From Xylographa opegraphella (taxonomy: Eukaryota): DNA of 64,000 nucleotides. The position numbers and the translations under genes are program-made. This document shows, in pieces, positions 13,549-26,400 of the stretch. The notes beneath the pieces are model-generated. The model was not told the origin of the DNA, made no database searches, and saw only the letters and a list, made by a program, of their open reading frames with translations. Position 1 is the stretch's first letter. Each line of letters opens with the position of its first letter. Location of the stretch: NCBI GenBank assembly GCA_022813865.1, contig JALDZX010000046.1:1-64000 (forward strand), written 5' to 3'.

Positions 13549-15524
13549 GGAGGCATGTCCGTTGGCCTGGCGTTTGGAGGGAGCTGCTGCCTCCGCGGAC
13601 GCGGCTGCAGGGGAGGGAGTGGCCGGCGCGGTCTGAGGTGGCCGTGTTTGTTTGTACCATATTAGATGCTGCTAGCGCTTGGCGGGCCGGACGGGCTGGG
13701 GAGAGGTGTATCTAGATACCCGGTTTGGAATAGAGCGTGTGGCTCTTCCATGCTGCTTTTTGCTGCTGTGGGTGTGAGTGTAGCGTCGATGCAAGCTCTC
13801 GTAGATGAATGTGAGTGGGTGGATCTTCTTACTCCGGCCCCCGTCCTTCGCCGGCTGGAGATCTAGTCCTGGTACGCGGGTCCCTTTGACGAAATATGCC
13901 TCGAGCCATGCGCGCTCTAAGGTAGGCCGCTGGTCGGGGGGTTGTCTTCCGCTTGTAGGCCCTGGCTCGCTGGCGCCGCTGCCGTAGCTCTGGCGTACGG
14001 TTGAGGTGCGGGGATCAGTAAAACGGCGGTGGGAATGCGGTGGTGTTTTTAGATGCCTGGCTGGGTTGGTCTGTTTTGTTTTTGTCCATTTTGCGTTTGG
14101 GCCGTTTTCGAGTGTTCAATTCCTCGATTCCGGTACATTTGTTCCGAGATGTTGTTTGCTTCAAGTCTATTTCAGTAGTTCCTACCGACGCTGTCAGATT
14201 ATCTTGGGAGAACGCCGTCATAAGAGATAGCAGTGCCTTTTGTAAGACTTTCCGCAGGCCTGTAACGCAAATGCACTCTCGTATGGACGATTGGATCATA
14301 GTGCGGGAAGGCGCAGCAAATGTGAAAAGACTTCGAGACCGCAAGTCAGGCCTGGGAACAGAGGGCAGCAAAGAAAGAGTGGTTCGTGATGCAGCGTTAC
14401 TACTATTCCGAAGCACCTACGTAAAGATGCAGCAAGTAGTGAGCCTCGGAACCGTGTGATTCGTGCAGCCCTGGTCGAGCGCAGCCCCTGTGCCTTGGGG
14501 GACCGTCGCCATGCAAGCTTGATTGGCCATGCAGTTCCATTACAAAGCGTGCAAAGCCCGTCTTTCAGCTCCTTCCAACTGCCCTCAACAATGCTGCTTC
14601 AGCTTTGTCCCACACCATTCACGGACGGCGCGCTCTTTCTTTGTCCCGATGCAGTTTCTCCGCCACCATGGTCGTGTTGTCACGCACGGTCTCGGGGGCC
14701 GATAGCCGTTTAGCGGTGAACTAATACCACGAGAGACTATGTTCGGCTTCGTAATCACCCTCAGCACCAGTATCAGCATGATGCAGAAAATAGATTGTAA
14801 AGATGCAGAGAATGCATGGCTATGTGTCGTCGGTCTCTCTCGTCGGTGTTGCTGTAGTTGAAATCAAGCCTTTTGGGCATAGCGGACCGTGCTTGGTTTC
14901 CGCTTAGCTACCCTTAGCGTGCCTGCTGAACCTCTTCGATCAAAGAGCGCAAGAGGACCCTCACTTGGGCGTAACGTCTTTTGTCAGGCAATGCTATAGG
15001 TACTCACAGCGCCATATTCCTGGTTACAGCGAGTCACTCACTGGTTTGTGCTCGAGCTCTCTTAGTGGTGCAGCGTCGTTACATCCCGTCTGGGACCTTT
15101 TGCAGTGCTCTGGTCGCTTCCAAATTGCGGAGTAGGGGAGCCGCCCTCAAACTGTAAGAGCGCGGCGAAGGCTGACGTTCCACCACTACAGCTTCTTCTC
15201 CTAATATTCCCTCGATCCAGTGTCACGCTTCTCGATACGAAGAGACTTTTGACAAAGAAATCTGTGATTGTTAAACTCCGTCGTTTCACCTCACTTTGCT
15301 TCTCGGACCTCGACTTTGATGCCGAGCAGAGCGACATAAGATCTTCGTCCCATCTTCATAACATTAACATTCCAGGCGGTTCACACATACAATAGTTTCT
15401 CTTCTTGCTTTCACGTTCTTGTGTGCTCCACCGCGCAATCGAGATCTTAGACTTGGACGGTGGCCTGCCCGGATTGGTCGCCACTTTGGAGGGGCAAAAT
15501 ATCCATGGGAAGCATACAGCAAAC

Positions 15525-18500
15525 ATGGCAGACGGTGGAAAGCTATCGGTGACAAACGGAATAGCTGGGGCGTTGTCGGATCAATCCCGTAGGGGACTCA
15601 CTCTCGAAAGGTCGAGTAGCTCTCGTCCCACCTTTCAATCTCAGCAATCGAACTCTCTCCCATCGACGCCATACATGGGTGCCATCAAGCTTTTAGATGA
15701 CCAGCGTACACCCCCTCCAATCCCGAAAGGGACGGAGGACATGACTTCACCCAGATCTGCGCGTTCCGAGTCGGACACTTCTCTTCGGCCGCCAGGTAAA
15801 ACCCCGTTCTTGGCTGGTTGTAAATACGAGACTGCAATGGCCTTTTCCAGACGGCGTATACCTTACTCGGTGGGAGGGGATAAACTGGAAAGAGCCAGTA
15901 CGATGCCGAAGAAGTACTTGGATCCGAATGAGGAGGATAAATTGAGTGGTGATATGCGAGAGCTGTACAATCGGATATTGCCGTCGGCTGAAAGTGAAGA
16001 GAGGCGCACGAAGTTCATCAAGAAGTTGGAGAATATTTTGAATGAGCAATGGCCTGGAAACGACATCAAAGTTCACGTCTTCGGTTCTTCCGGCAATCTG
16101 CTTTGTTCAAGCGACTCTGATGGTCAGTAGTGTCCCAAGGACAGAGGGACGATCACATGCTTACTTTCATAGTGGACATATGTATCACTACCCCTATGAA
16201 AGCACTTGAGCGTGTCTGTCTCCTAGCAAAGGCTCTGGCTGAACGTGCGTAGTCTGCGATCACGCGATGTGGTTGAAAGCTGACGTGGTTGATCAGACGG
16301 TATGGAGCGAGTGGTGTGCGTTCCGAATGCGAAGGTTCCAATCGTCAAGATTTGGGACCCTGAGTTGCGATTGGCATGCGATATGAACGTCAACAATACG
16401 CTGGCTCTGGAGAATACCCGCATGATAAAGACTTATGTTCAGATTGACTGGCGAGTGAGGCCGCTGGCAATGGTCGTGAAGCATTGGACGCGGGAAAGGG
16501 TGCTGAATGATGCTGGTATGTGAAGTCTTTCACCATGTTGGATCAAGCTCCGAGCTTATGGGAACTTCAGCCCTTGGAGGGACACTAAGTTCATACACTT
16601 GGATCTGCATGATCATCAGTTTCCTCCAAACTAGGAACCCTGCCATTTTGCCGTCGCTCCATCAACGACCTCACCAATGTCGAATCAACGCCCAAGGGAA
16701 AAGATCCTCATTCGCTGACGACCTTGAATCACTGCGTGGTTTTGGAGCCGCCAACAAGGAGAGCCTTGGTGAACTCCTGTTTCATTTCTTCCGCCGGTAT
16801 GCTCATGAGATTGACTTTGACAAACACGTAATCTCAATCCGTGAGGGCGGCTTAATATCAAAGCAAGCTAAGAAGTGGCATCTCATGCAAAACAACCGTC
16901 TCTGCGTCGAAGAACCTTTCAATACTGAACGCAACCTGGGTAACACAGCCGACGACATTTCGTTTCGTGGAGTTCATTTAGAGCTTCGGCGTGCTTTTGA
17001 TCTCTTGTGCGAGGCCAAACTGGACAAGTGCTGCGAACCTTACATATTTCCTCCAGTTGAGGAGAGATTCTGGTCAAAGCCAGCACCTCAACCTCGACCC
17101 GTCTTGTCTCGTAGCCTGTCTCAACAAGGACGTGCCACGAAAGGTGCAGGAACTGGCCGAGGTGCTCATACAGGTCAACGACACCGTGCCGGTGTTTCTA
17201 ACCGACGTGCTTCGAGTGCTGCCACGACGAACAACATACCCTTTAAAATGAACATCCATCCACAAACTCAGTCGAATGGGCAAGGCGCTTCTAGCGAGAG
17301 AAACTCCGGTCCTCAGCTTCATGAAGCACTTATTCAACAAATGAACATGTTGCGCGAACAAGAGGCTCACCTACGACTACAGATGCATCAACGTAACCAA
17401 GCCAACATCCACGCACAATACACAGCACAGGTTCAGCCTCGCCAGCTCTCGGGATCCATATATCCTCAACATCTCAACCTTGAAAGTCTTGCGCGTCAAA
17501 GAAACAAGTACCCAGGTCCCATGTCGGCTCCATTGAGAAGAGATCCATCTATGAGCAATGGTACCCCACCAAACAGAACGACACATAATACTGGCTATTC
17601 ATCGCCTTCTATTGTACACACAAATCCTTCCTCGCCGTCTATAACGCCTGCGTTACCTATACAACCACCAGTACCTGAGTTCAGGCGTAGTCTGCATCGT
17701 TCAACGACCACAGACAACAACTTTACTACATTACGCTCCCATTCACAACCCGCCAGCGAAATGCGCGTCAATTCTCAAAGTGCTCGTTCGATGCCAACTC
17801 TTGCTGTCAATCAGAGTCCTCAAGGGCCGATGCTGGGTTACAACAGCTTGCACCAATTGCAGTTGGCTTTCTTTCGTCAACAGCAAATGGAAATGCAGCA
17901 GAATAACCAGCAACATACTATGATGAACTCTCGTCCAAACCCACGAGTAGGCGATCGTCGTGGAGGCGATTTGACGCCTCACCATCCTGAGTACATCGGG
18001 TACTATGTCGAGCAATCCCGTCAGGCAGATCCTCGTGACATGATTGGTCTTCGGAACCCGATGCCATCGTATCACGACATGACACAGATGTCAAGGGGAG
18101 TCTCTGCGAGCTTCAACCGCTTGAGATCTCACGCCTCTCGTTCGCCATCCCCGTCAGGACCTGGCTCACGGGATAGGTCAATCAGTTTCTATTCTGCGGC
18201 CTCTGCTCCACCGTCTTCTCCTGCTGGAGCGAAGTCAAGTGCTGGCGCTGGCAACAAGCCCTCTGGGCCTATTATCATTGATGGTTCAAGCGAGATATCC
18301 GCAGACTACACAACACCGCCAGAGATCGATTCTACATACTATCCCATGGCAATGAGTGAAGCAGCTTCACTCCCAGATGATCCCAACTTGTATTCCGAGA
18401 CGAGCCCACTATCACCAGAATTAATTTCAGAGATCCGGAATCATCTCGCTTCAGATGGATATGTACATAATCGATTAGTGCCTCAGTCCCTCCAATTTGG

Positions 18501-19173
18501 AGACTTTCCAGCTCGTCAAACCCGTCGAGTCAGTCCTCCATTCACATCGAGCCGACGTCCGTTAAATGAGATAGATAATTCCTTGTCTATGTTGCAGAAC
18601 ACCGCTCCGAACATCGATTCCATAGGTGGACTGGGTATTGATATGGAGAATATCACAACCACCAGTACAGGCGCACAGAACGGCAGTGTATCTCCTCCAT
18701 CAGCGCCAACTTCTACACGACTTGCCCCTGACTTCGATATCTCCGAAATGATGCCAGATCCGGAAGACGCCGAGACTCTGCAAGCCATGCCTCTTCTTTC
18801 ACCAGTCCGCGAAGTGCACACCCCGTCTCCTACTACCACACGAGGCATCGTTCCCGAATCGTATGCTAAGGCTGTACACTCACGTACATCATCTGCTATA
18901 TCAACAAGCAACATAACACCAAACCTCCTTTCCGTGTCAACCAGCAGGAGCAGAATGTCTTTTGAAGAGAACATGGAACACAGGGCCAATTGGGTGAACG
19001 GAACCACGTCCACCATGCCTGCAGAAACCAATGTCTATTCTAGGGGCTCTTTGGTGGAGAACCAACAGGCCCCTTCCGGTTGGCAACAGACGAGTAAGAA
19101 GGGGAAGAAAAAGAGCAAGGAACTTAGCCTTTACGCCCTGAGCCAGGTCTTCAACGAACGAAAAGGGGGTTAA
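15525..19173 (+). CDS. Cid13/Cid11-like non-canonical poly(A) polymerase / terminal nucleotidyltransferase with long disordered C-terminus
   Basis: NTase motif VFGSSGNLLCSSDSD|VDIC, KVPIVKIWDPELRLACDMNVNN, GGTLSSYTWICMII, PAP-associated LCVEEPFNTERNLGN; three GT-AG introns. The start codon is uncertain (frame open back to ~15405). Confidence 0.92.
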
Positions 19174-19551
19174 CGTTTTTTTTTCATTGTTCGCATGTTG
19201 TACTTTTAAAGCGCGACCAGAAACTCTTATGTATGTATATATATATTGAGTTTTCGATCCTTGAGTTTCCACATCTTCGGCAACGTCGAAGCACCAAAAA
19301 TAAATCAAGTATCTGGAAGTTTCTTTTTTTCGTGTGAGGACCAGAGACGTCATATATACCCCGGACTTGTTCTTTGTGAATGTTGAATATTGCATTCGTA
19401 CTCGACGAAAAGTTTAACTTTTTTGGAAGAGAATTTTCAAACGAAGCAGCAAGAATACCACCGGCCATTCTCTACACCAGTTACAGTCACACACTCCCGC
19501 AATTCATCCCCTCCAGCCCCTCGTCCAAAGATCACTTCCCCCACAACCCCT

Positions 19552-20061
19552 TTACATCTCATGAAGCCTAGCCTGCGCATCGTCGTCCGGATCATGGCGG
19601 TCGTCATCCGCGCTAACTGAACTGGAAAATCATATTCAGGAGATCCCCCCCCCCCATCGAGATTGCATTGGGGTATATACTTACTTGCAATAGTCGCTCT
19701 TCCCGGAACCGGCATCGTGGCATCCGGCTGCGCATGTTTTGAAGTACTTGATCACCCCGCTCCTGCCTCCCTCGCAGCCGAAGAGCATGTTTTTCCCGCC
19801 GTTGGGGGCTTCGTAGCCTTCGCCGACGACGTCGTAGTAGCACTGGTCGATCTGGCCTTGATAGTTTCCTAGGAGCGGAGTCAGAGGGTGGGGAGGGGTT
19901 CCGATGTGATATGGTCTTTTGAGTGTTGTTGTCGGAGGTCTCGGTCACTTACCTACTGACAGCAGGGTTGAGCCACAGTATTGGAGGCCTGGCTTGCAGT
20001 TGGAGGCCATCACGCTTCCAAGGAGGAAGGTTAGACCGGAGATGGCAAGTGTGACCTTCAT
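19552..20061 (-). CDS. Small secreted cysteine-rich protein (effector-like), 3 exons, ~120 aa
   Basis: Spliced product MKVTLAISGLTFLLGSVMA-SNCKPGLQYCGSTLLSVG|NYQGQIDQCYYDVVGEGYEAPNGGKNMLFGCEGGRSGVIKYFKTCAAGCHDAGSGKSDYCN|SVSADDDRHDPDDDAQARLHEM*. Signal peptide, two GTAAGT donors, TATAAA upstream. Not visible in the ORF track. Confidence 0.88.
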
Positions 20062-21689
20062 GTTGTGAGGAGGTGAAGTTTGGAGAACAAGACGGAAGAC
20101 GGAATAACTACAGGCGGGAAGATGCTGATTTCGGTGTTTGATAAGGGCGAGGATGGTAACGGAACATCCGAGCTCTTTTATACCTTGACAAGCTCCTTGC
20201 GGACCAGGTTTTCGAGCCGAGCTCTCTCCTGACCAACCCTTCGAGCTCAGCAGCCCACAGACCAGCGCTTCAACATCAGCTCCGTCTTGGCTTGCTTAGG
20301 GGTGAGAAAGACCACACATGGTGTAGGGTGGGATTGGAAATCCACCAATATCTTGGCTTGAGAACATACTGTGGTTGCATCACTACCATGGATGGCTGAA
20401 AGTAATGAATCCCATGCCATTCCCGTATACACAGCCCCGCATCAGTAATAGTGGTGTCGTATATACCAACGACTTTTGACAAGTTCTGCAACAGCCGTTT
20501 TCAACCTTGTCCTTACAAGTATTCCGTTGACAGCCACAGTAGAGAAGTCTACCCATGGTAACCCAGGCATTAGTTGGACAAGGGAGATTCCCACTAAATG
20601 GATATGAACGAGAGATGCCAGTGGTCTTGGACCACTTATGTCGCAGAAGTGACGTCCACACTGCCGCTCCGCAACCAAACTAAAACTCCAGGCATATTTT
20701 TGCAATCCTTCACACGTCGGCCTTTATCGTATTATTATACATGCTTCCGACCAACCGGCTTCACTACAATTGGCTGGGTTGTTCACGCAAGGCAGATACT
20801 GATATCAGGGGCGAATTGCGTGGCGAAAATGGCCAAGACATGTGTTTCGCGTGGAATGGCCTTTGATAGCACTTCGTCAAGTCAAGCTTGGGTGATGGGA
20901 AACCTATTAAAAGTTCGATCATAGTCCGGCTGCTCATCAGCCATTGAGAATCACAGTGGCGTCCCAGACCGCTTAATACTGAAGCTGAGCAGGCGATTGA
21001 CGATGGTTGCTGACTTCACAAAGGGCTGCTATTTGGATTCGTTTAGCTTCCCTGCCATTGGCAAACATGGGGAAGCTACACTCGCTTTCCTCCGTGAGAC
21101 AAGGCGTGTTCCATGAACATGGACAGGAGAACGCAGCAAGTACATCGTTGTTGTTCGTGGGGTCTCGGAAGAACAGCCGAGCCTATAACCAACTCAAGTG
21201 AAAGGCGGAGGAATTGTAGAGAGCGGCTAATCAATCTCTGGCTGACCACTTGTGACAGGAACCTTGAAGCGGACATGCTCTCACTAGCAGAAACCTGCTA
21301 AGCTCAATGATATCCCCGTCCCACGATTCTTGGCCTCGGGTTTCATCACATCGCATACCATACTATCAGCGCCACCCTGGAGTTATTCTCCCATTTGATA
21401 GAACTGAAGGAACACAATCTTCTCCTTTGAAATTCGAAATGACGAGTATCTTGCCTCGTACGGCTTGAGTCTGACGAAAGGGCAAAGTCTTCCTTCGACA
21501 CTTTGAGACTTCTGGAGACGTCCATCCAGGCAAGTGTGTCGTCGTCCTTCATAAGCTTTGCGGAAAGACTAAAAGATTCGGCCTGGCAGAACCCTGTCCC
21601 GTCGAGGCGCAGTCTGCAGCCATTCCCTTTTTGGTGATGTCCACCACATAGTTTCTTGCGTTTGCAAGGGGCAGTATTTAGCTCTTTTT

Positions 21690-21880
21690 GACGCCGGGGG
21701 TCAGCGCCAGCTCGGACACTGATGTCTATAAACCACTGCAGGAGAGCATGACCGTGGGCAAAAGCGTAGCACGAGTATGCAAGGGACGTCGTATCCCTAG
21801 TGCTAGCAGTGATGGCGACGGTCGGCTGCTCCAGTAGTAAAATGCTTTTGGTCGAGGTTCCCAGGGCCGATATCACCATG
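21690..21880 (-). pseudogene. Decayed ankyrin-repeat-like fragment
   Basis: Translation SILLLEQPTVAITASTRDTTSL...HGHALLQWFIDISVRAGADP resembles the ankyrin consensus (KLLLE..vDiN.kD..G.TpL..A...GH...v.lLl..GADp); no intact gene context. Confidence 0.3.
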
Positions 21881-22345
21881 GATTTCGGGTAGCAGTCATG
21901 GCCATGAGGCTGACGCATTGGCCCCTCAACATCCCGCATTCGGCTCCCAATCGGATGGCGACGACGGTACGGATGGCGATGGTGTGGAATACGAACGGCC
22001 GGCCTATCGGATTGCATATATTCCAAGCCCAATTTCAAGGCCTGGCGCCTGCCATGGAGCTTTACAGCCAGTCACTTGGCTCCGAAGAAAGCGATCTCGA
22101 TACCGAGCCGACAGCCGAAGGACGCTCAACGCCGGGCGGTGACAGCCGATCCGACATGATCCACCAATTCCACAAAAGTAGTGTGAAGTCGGAATGTGTT
22201 GGAATACAGTATATTCTGCAACAGTTCACGCCTCAAATTATGTCTTATTTTAAGAGAAATTACAAATCCTGCAAACCACTATCGAAGCCTACGCTATTAA
22301 CGTATATTACTTATATAGCCTAACTGAATTCAGAAGACTCGTAGA

Positions 22346-22367
22346 AATCAACCAATCAACCAATCAA
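22346..22367 (+). repeat. Short (AATC/AACC)n microsatellite
   Basis: aatcaaccaatcaaccaatcaa. Confidence 0.6.
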
Positions 22368-22470
22368 TACATATGTGTATAGAGTATCCCTAAGCCCAAG
22401 GCCAACACGTGATCGTGCGCTGACTCAGGCCTCGCCGCTTTGCTCCTTCGATAATACCCGTTTTGTCAAG

Positions 22471-22636
22471 GTGCGCTCCCTCCACTATACTCCTCCATGC
22501 GCCTTCGGTGCTCCCTCTTGCTCCCTCTTGCTCCCTCACTGCTCCCTCACTGCTCCCTCCTGCTCCCTTGATACTCCTTTCACGACGGGCCTTGTTCCCT
22601 CTCCTGACCCAGTACGGCAATCTCAGATCCTAAGTT
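22471..22636 (+). repeat. Diverged direct repeat copy 1 containing a TGCTCCCTC tandem array
   Basis: About six copies of a ~10-bp TGCTCCCTCw unit, followed by a segment matching 29801-29846 at 31/46 ungapped positions. Confidence 0.6.
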
Positions 22637-23472
22637 CGAGACGTCCGCGAAGACCACATTTTCGCACTGTTCTTTACATCGCTGACAGGGTTCATTTTTA
22701 ATGATCCTCCCACATCCTCCATTAAGTATGGGCCTCTTACTAAACATTTTCTTGATGGTTTGGTGTCTTCGTCTTCCTTTTCTGCCTGTCGACCTTTCTG
22801 CTTACATCCCTCAACCCTGCCGCCAACACCTTGTCGCGGCAGGGTGATAATCGCCAATCACGAAAGAATAGAGTTGACTTTATCGACGTATTAAGCTATT
22901 AATACAAGGTTTAACTTCGATTCGCTTTTCTCCGAAAGCTAACCCTATTGAGTTGAAGACTCCGCGCTATTGTTTTTTAAACAAAGGTCAGACAGATTAC
23001 CTTATCGATTAAAAAAAGCGGTTCCGTACCTAGATCTACGGCTCTTTAATCCACTAAGGTATACCGATAGAACCTTCGCGGGCCGAAGCCCTAAGTAACG
23101 TAGCGGTGCCCGCCGCTAGAACCTACGCAAGCCACCTCGAAATCGAGCGCTGCGAACTGTACTCCGTATAAAAATGTGGTGAAACTGTCCGTAAAACGTC
23201 TCGTTCTGGTGCCATAGGTGTCAATGACTCTCCACAACATGCTGGCGAAACATGTTTCGAGTTATCTGGGAATAGTCAAGATGATTCGGATCTATATGCT
23301 CGCAGCCGCGGACGGAATTTGTTTCGCAATTGACGATTACCCCACATGACCATTGCGTTGCGTTCATTAGCCTCATCATAGCCTCGTCTTAACACAAAAA
23401 AGCTCTGCTATCGTATGTTACTTTCAGTGATAAAGGTCCAGCGACTTCAAGATTAGCTCTTTCAAAACCGAC

Positions 23473-26400
23473 ATGGCAGAAGTTGATGCGTAAGTAGATC
23501 TATTTTGATACAGCAGGAAGTGATCTAACCCTGCTTGTCTAATAGTAAACCCTGCTTCGAATTCAGGCGTGGGAAATGCAAATACGGAAACAGATGCAAG
23601 TTCACTCACGAGTCCAAGCCCACTCCAAAAGCGTCTCATCGCGAACCATGCCCATACTTAGGGACATCGAAGGGTTGCTTTAGAGGGCAGCAGTGCAAGT
23701 TCTCGCACGAAACTGTGGCGGGTAACGGTTCAAATACACTGTCACCGCAGTCTACCGCTATTTTGCGACCACGAACCGAACTCGAAACTAGCTTCCGAGA
23801 GTGGACGTTCCTTATACCGCGGCAGAATACGCGGTTTCAGGTGGTGGAGATCGGGAAGTTCTTCCAAATGGCCTGGGACCTTACCAGCAAAGAGCATGTA
23901 GAGACCGGGCAACAGATTATCAAGAAGCTGGCGACTGAAGAAGGCTTGGCCATGATCAAGGCCCTTGCAGATGAAAAGCTCGATGGCGTTGAGCTAGGAA
24001 CGAGTCTGTCTATCTTTAAGGACAGAACGCTTCCCTTTTTCCGAACCATCTCTCACCCGGACATTCTATCGTCCTTGATATTGGAGACACCGCTCGACAC
24101 CATTTGCACGTTTCTTTTTGGCCCAAACGGTCGCCGTGCTATCAAGCTGTTCAAATCTACGACCCTCGCTCTTGGAGCCCTTGCGCGGGAGGAATCTGCC
24201 AAAGATGAAGACCTGACGTCGATTGCGGTCACAGCGAGCTTAGCAGTGCTGGAAAGAATCGTGGAGTTAAATCAAAGCGCCCAGGTCATTACGGAGTTCA
24301 CGTCGATTGTGAACGACATTTCAACCTCAATCCCACAACAACTCCTGCAGGCCGGAAGTCGAAGCTTGGCTCGTATTCGCCAACGACTTGGTCTTGGAGC
24401 TGCAATACCTTCGTCAGGAGGCCGCCCTTTAGAGCAGAAGAGCCATCGACCGGTTTTCGAAGTAGGTCAAGACCTTCCTGGCGCGCTCTCCGAGCTAGGT
24501 CCACGACACGATAACGATCACGCAAATATCTTTGACATTAAGATCCTGCCGACTACCGAAGAAATTCAATCCCCCCGATTGGAGTATCTACCTTCGAGCG
24601 ATCCCACGAAGCACCATCTTCCTGGTCTGGCGGGCTTACTCGACCGACAATTCAGACTTCTGCGTGAAGATACAGTTGGTCAATTCCGCGATGTGGTGCA
24701 GATGGAATGTAAGCGGCTTAACAAACCCCTCAATACCCAACCGCCATCGAAGCGACAGAACAATGGCGTTCGGAATATCATCTATCACAATGTCGCTCTG
24801 CTTCGACTTGAGTTCGATCGGAAAAAAGGGCTCCAGGTTGTGGCTGAATTTGACCAACCTGCCGCACTCGCGAAGAAGGGAGCAAAGGAGCGAGAAGAGT
24901 GGTGGAAGAATACCAAACAGCTACAGATCGATGCTTTTGTATGCCTTGTTTCTTCCACAGGTCGTGCTATCTTCTTCTCGATTTGCGATCCTACTCCGAC
25001 GCCTCCGCCTAAGAGGAAAAATGGTGAGGAAGAACAAGAGCTTCAGTCAGCCAGAACTTGGAAGGCCTTTGATGAGCGGCCGAATCTTTTCAAGCATGCA
25101 GACCGAGCCATGTTAATGCTCAGCCCGGTGGAGGATGATTCGGAAAATATCACTTGGATCAACAATCACCTCGGAAAGACTCACAAGCTACGACAGTCGC
25201 TTGTCGAGTTTCCAGGGATTCTGCTACCGTCCTTCCGACCAACGCTGCAAGCGCTTCAAAAAATGAGTCGCACCCTTGATCTGCCTTTTTCTCAATTCAT
25301 CGCCCCCGACGTACAATATGCCGGAGATGTCGACATACCTGCCCCTGCGTACTCCTGCAGGCCTGGCTTCGCTTTCAATCTCGAGACCTTGGTTGGAGGA
25401 GAGCAGCTGAGACTTACACCCGGACAGCCTTTCAACGATAACACGCTCCGCGAGAAAACTACACTCGACGATGCGCAGCAGCTGTCTACCATAAATGCTT
25501 TAAGAAGTTGTCTTGCTCTGATACAGGGTCCCCCTGGAACCGGAAAAAGTTACACAGCGGTCGAAATCATTAAGGCCTTACTGAAGAATCGCAATTCAGC
25601 TAAGCTTGGGCCAATCATTTGTGTATGCTACACCAATCACGCTCTCGACCAACTTCTCGAGCATTTGGTTAACGACGGCGTGGAGCAGCTTATCCGTTTG
25701 GGATCGAGGTCGAAATCGGAACTCCTCCAGGACTTGAACCTCCACCGCATATCGAAGGAAATCAGGTCCACAAAGATCGAAGGCCATGAGAAATATCAAC
25801 TTTATGCAAAGTTAGATATCGCTCTTGAGGAGATTGAGAAGCTCATGCCAGGCCTCAGGGATCCAGCCCACTGGGGTAATATCAAAGAATATCTCGAAAA
25901 CCACCACAATGGCCACTTCAAACAACTTTTCGGACGTGGGGTTGACCAAGATGGATTCCAGGAGGTACGCGGTAAGAAGTTCAATATCTTGAATAGCTGG
26001 GTCAAAGGAGCACCCAAGCGCATTACTTCAACTCGTCCGATTCCGGAACTTCTCGGTGTGAATTTAAAGGAGATGTCTGGGTCCGAGCGATTGGCATTGC
26101 ACAGGTACTGGATCCAACAAAACAACACGGAACTCACCCGCCGTTTCCTACACGTTCTCGACTCTTACCGCCACATTAACGATTCGCTCAAAAAGTGCCA
26201 CCAGGAGCTAGACCTGCGTTGCCTACTTCGCGCGCACATCATCGGTGTTACAACCACAGGCCTGGCACGAAATTTAGACATCCTCCGCCGAGTGCGAGCA
26301 AAAGTGGTGGTTTTTGAAGAGGCGGGAGAGATATTGGAGGCTCATACCCTCACTGCACTCCTGCCTTCCGTCGAGCATGCCATTTTGATTGGAGATCATG

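Noticed and set aside
12727..13556. Long antisense ORFs over the 3' end of PSY2
   Set aside because: Shadow ORFs caused by high GC3 codon usage; no motifs.
22500..22570. Tandem array as a CRISPR or telomere-like repeat
   Set aside because: 10-bp units without spacers, not TTAGGG, eukaryotic context, no cas genes.
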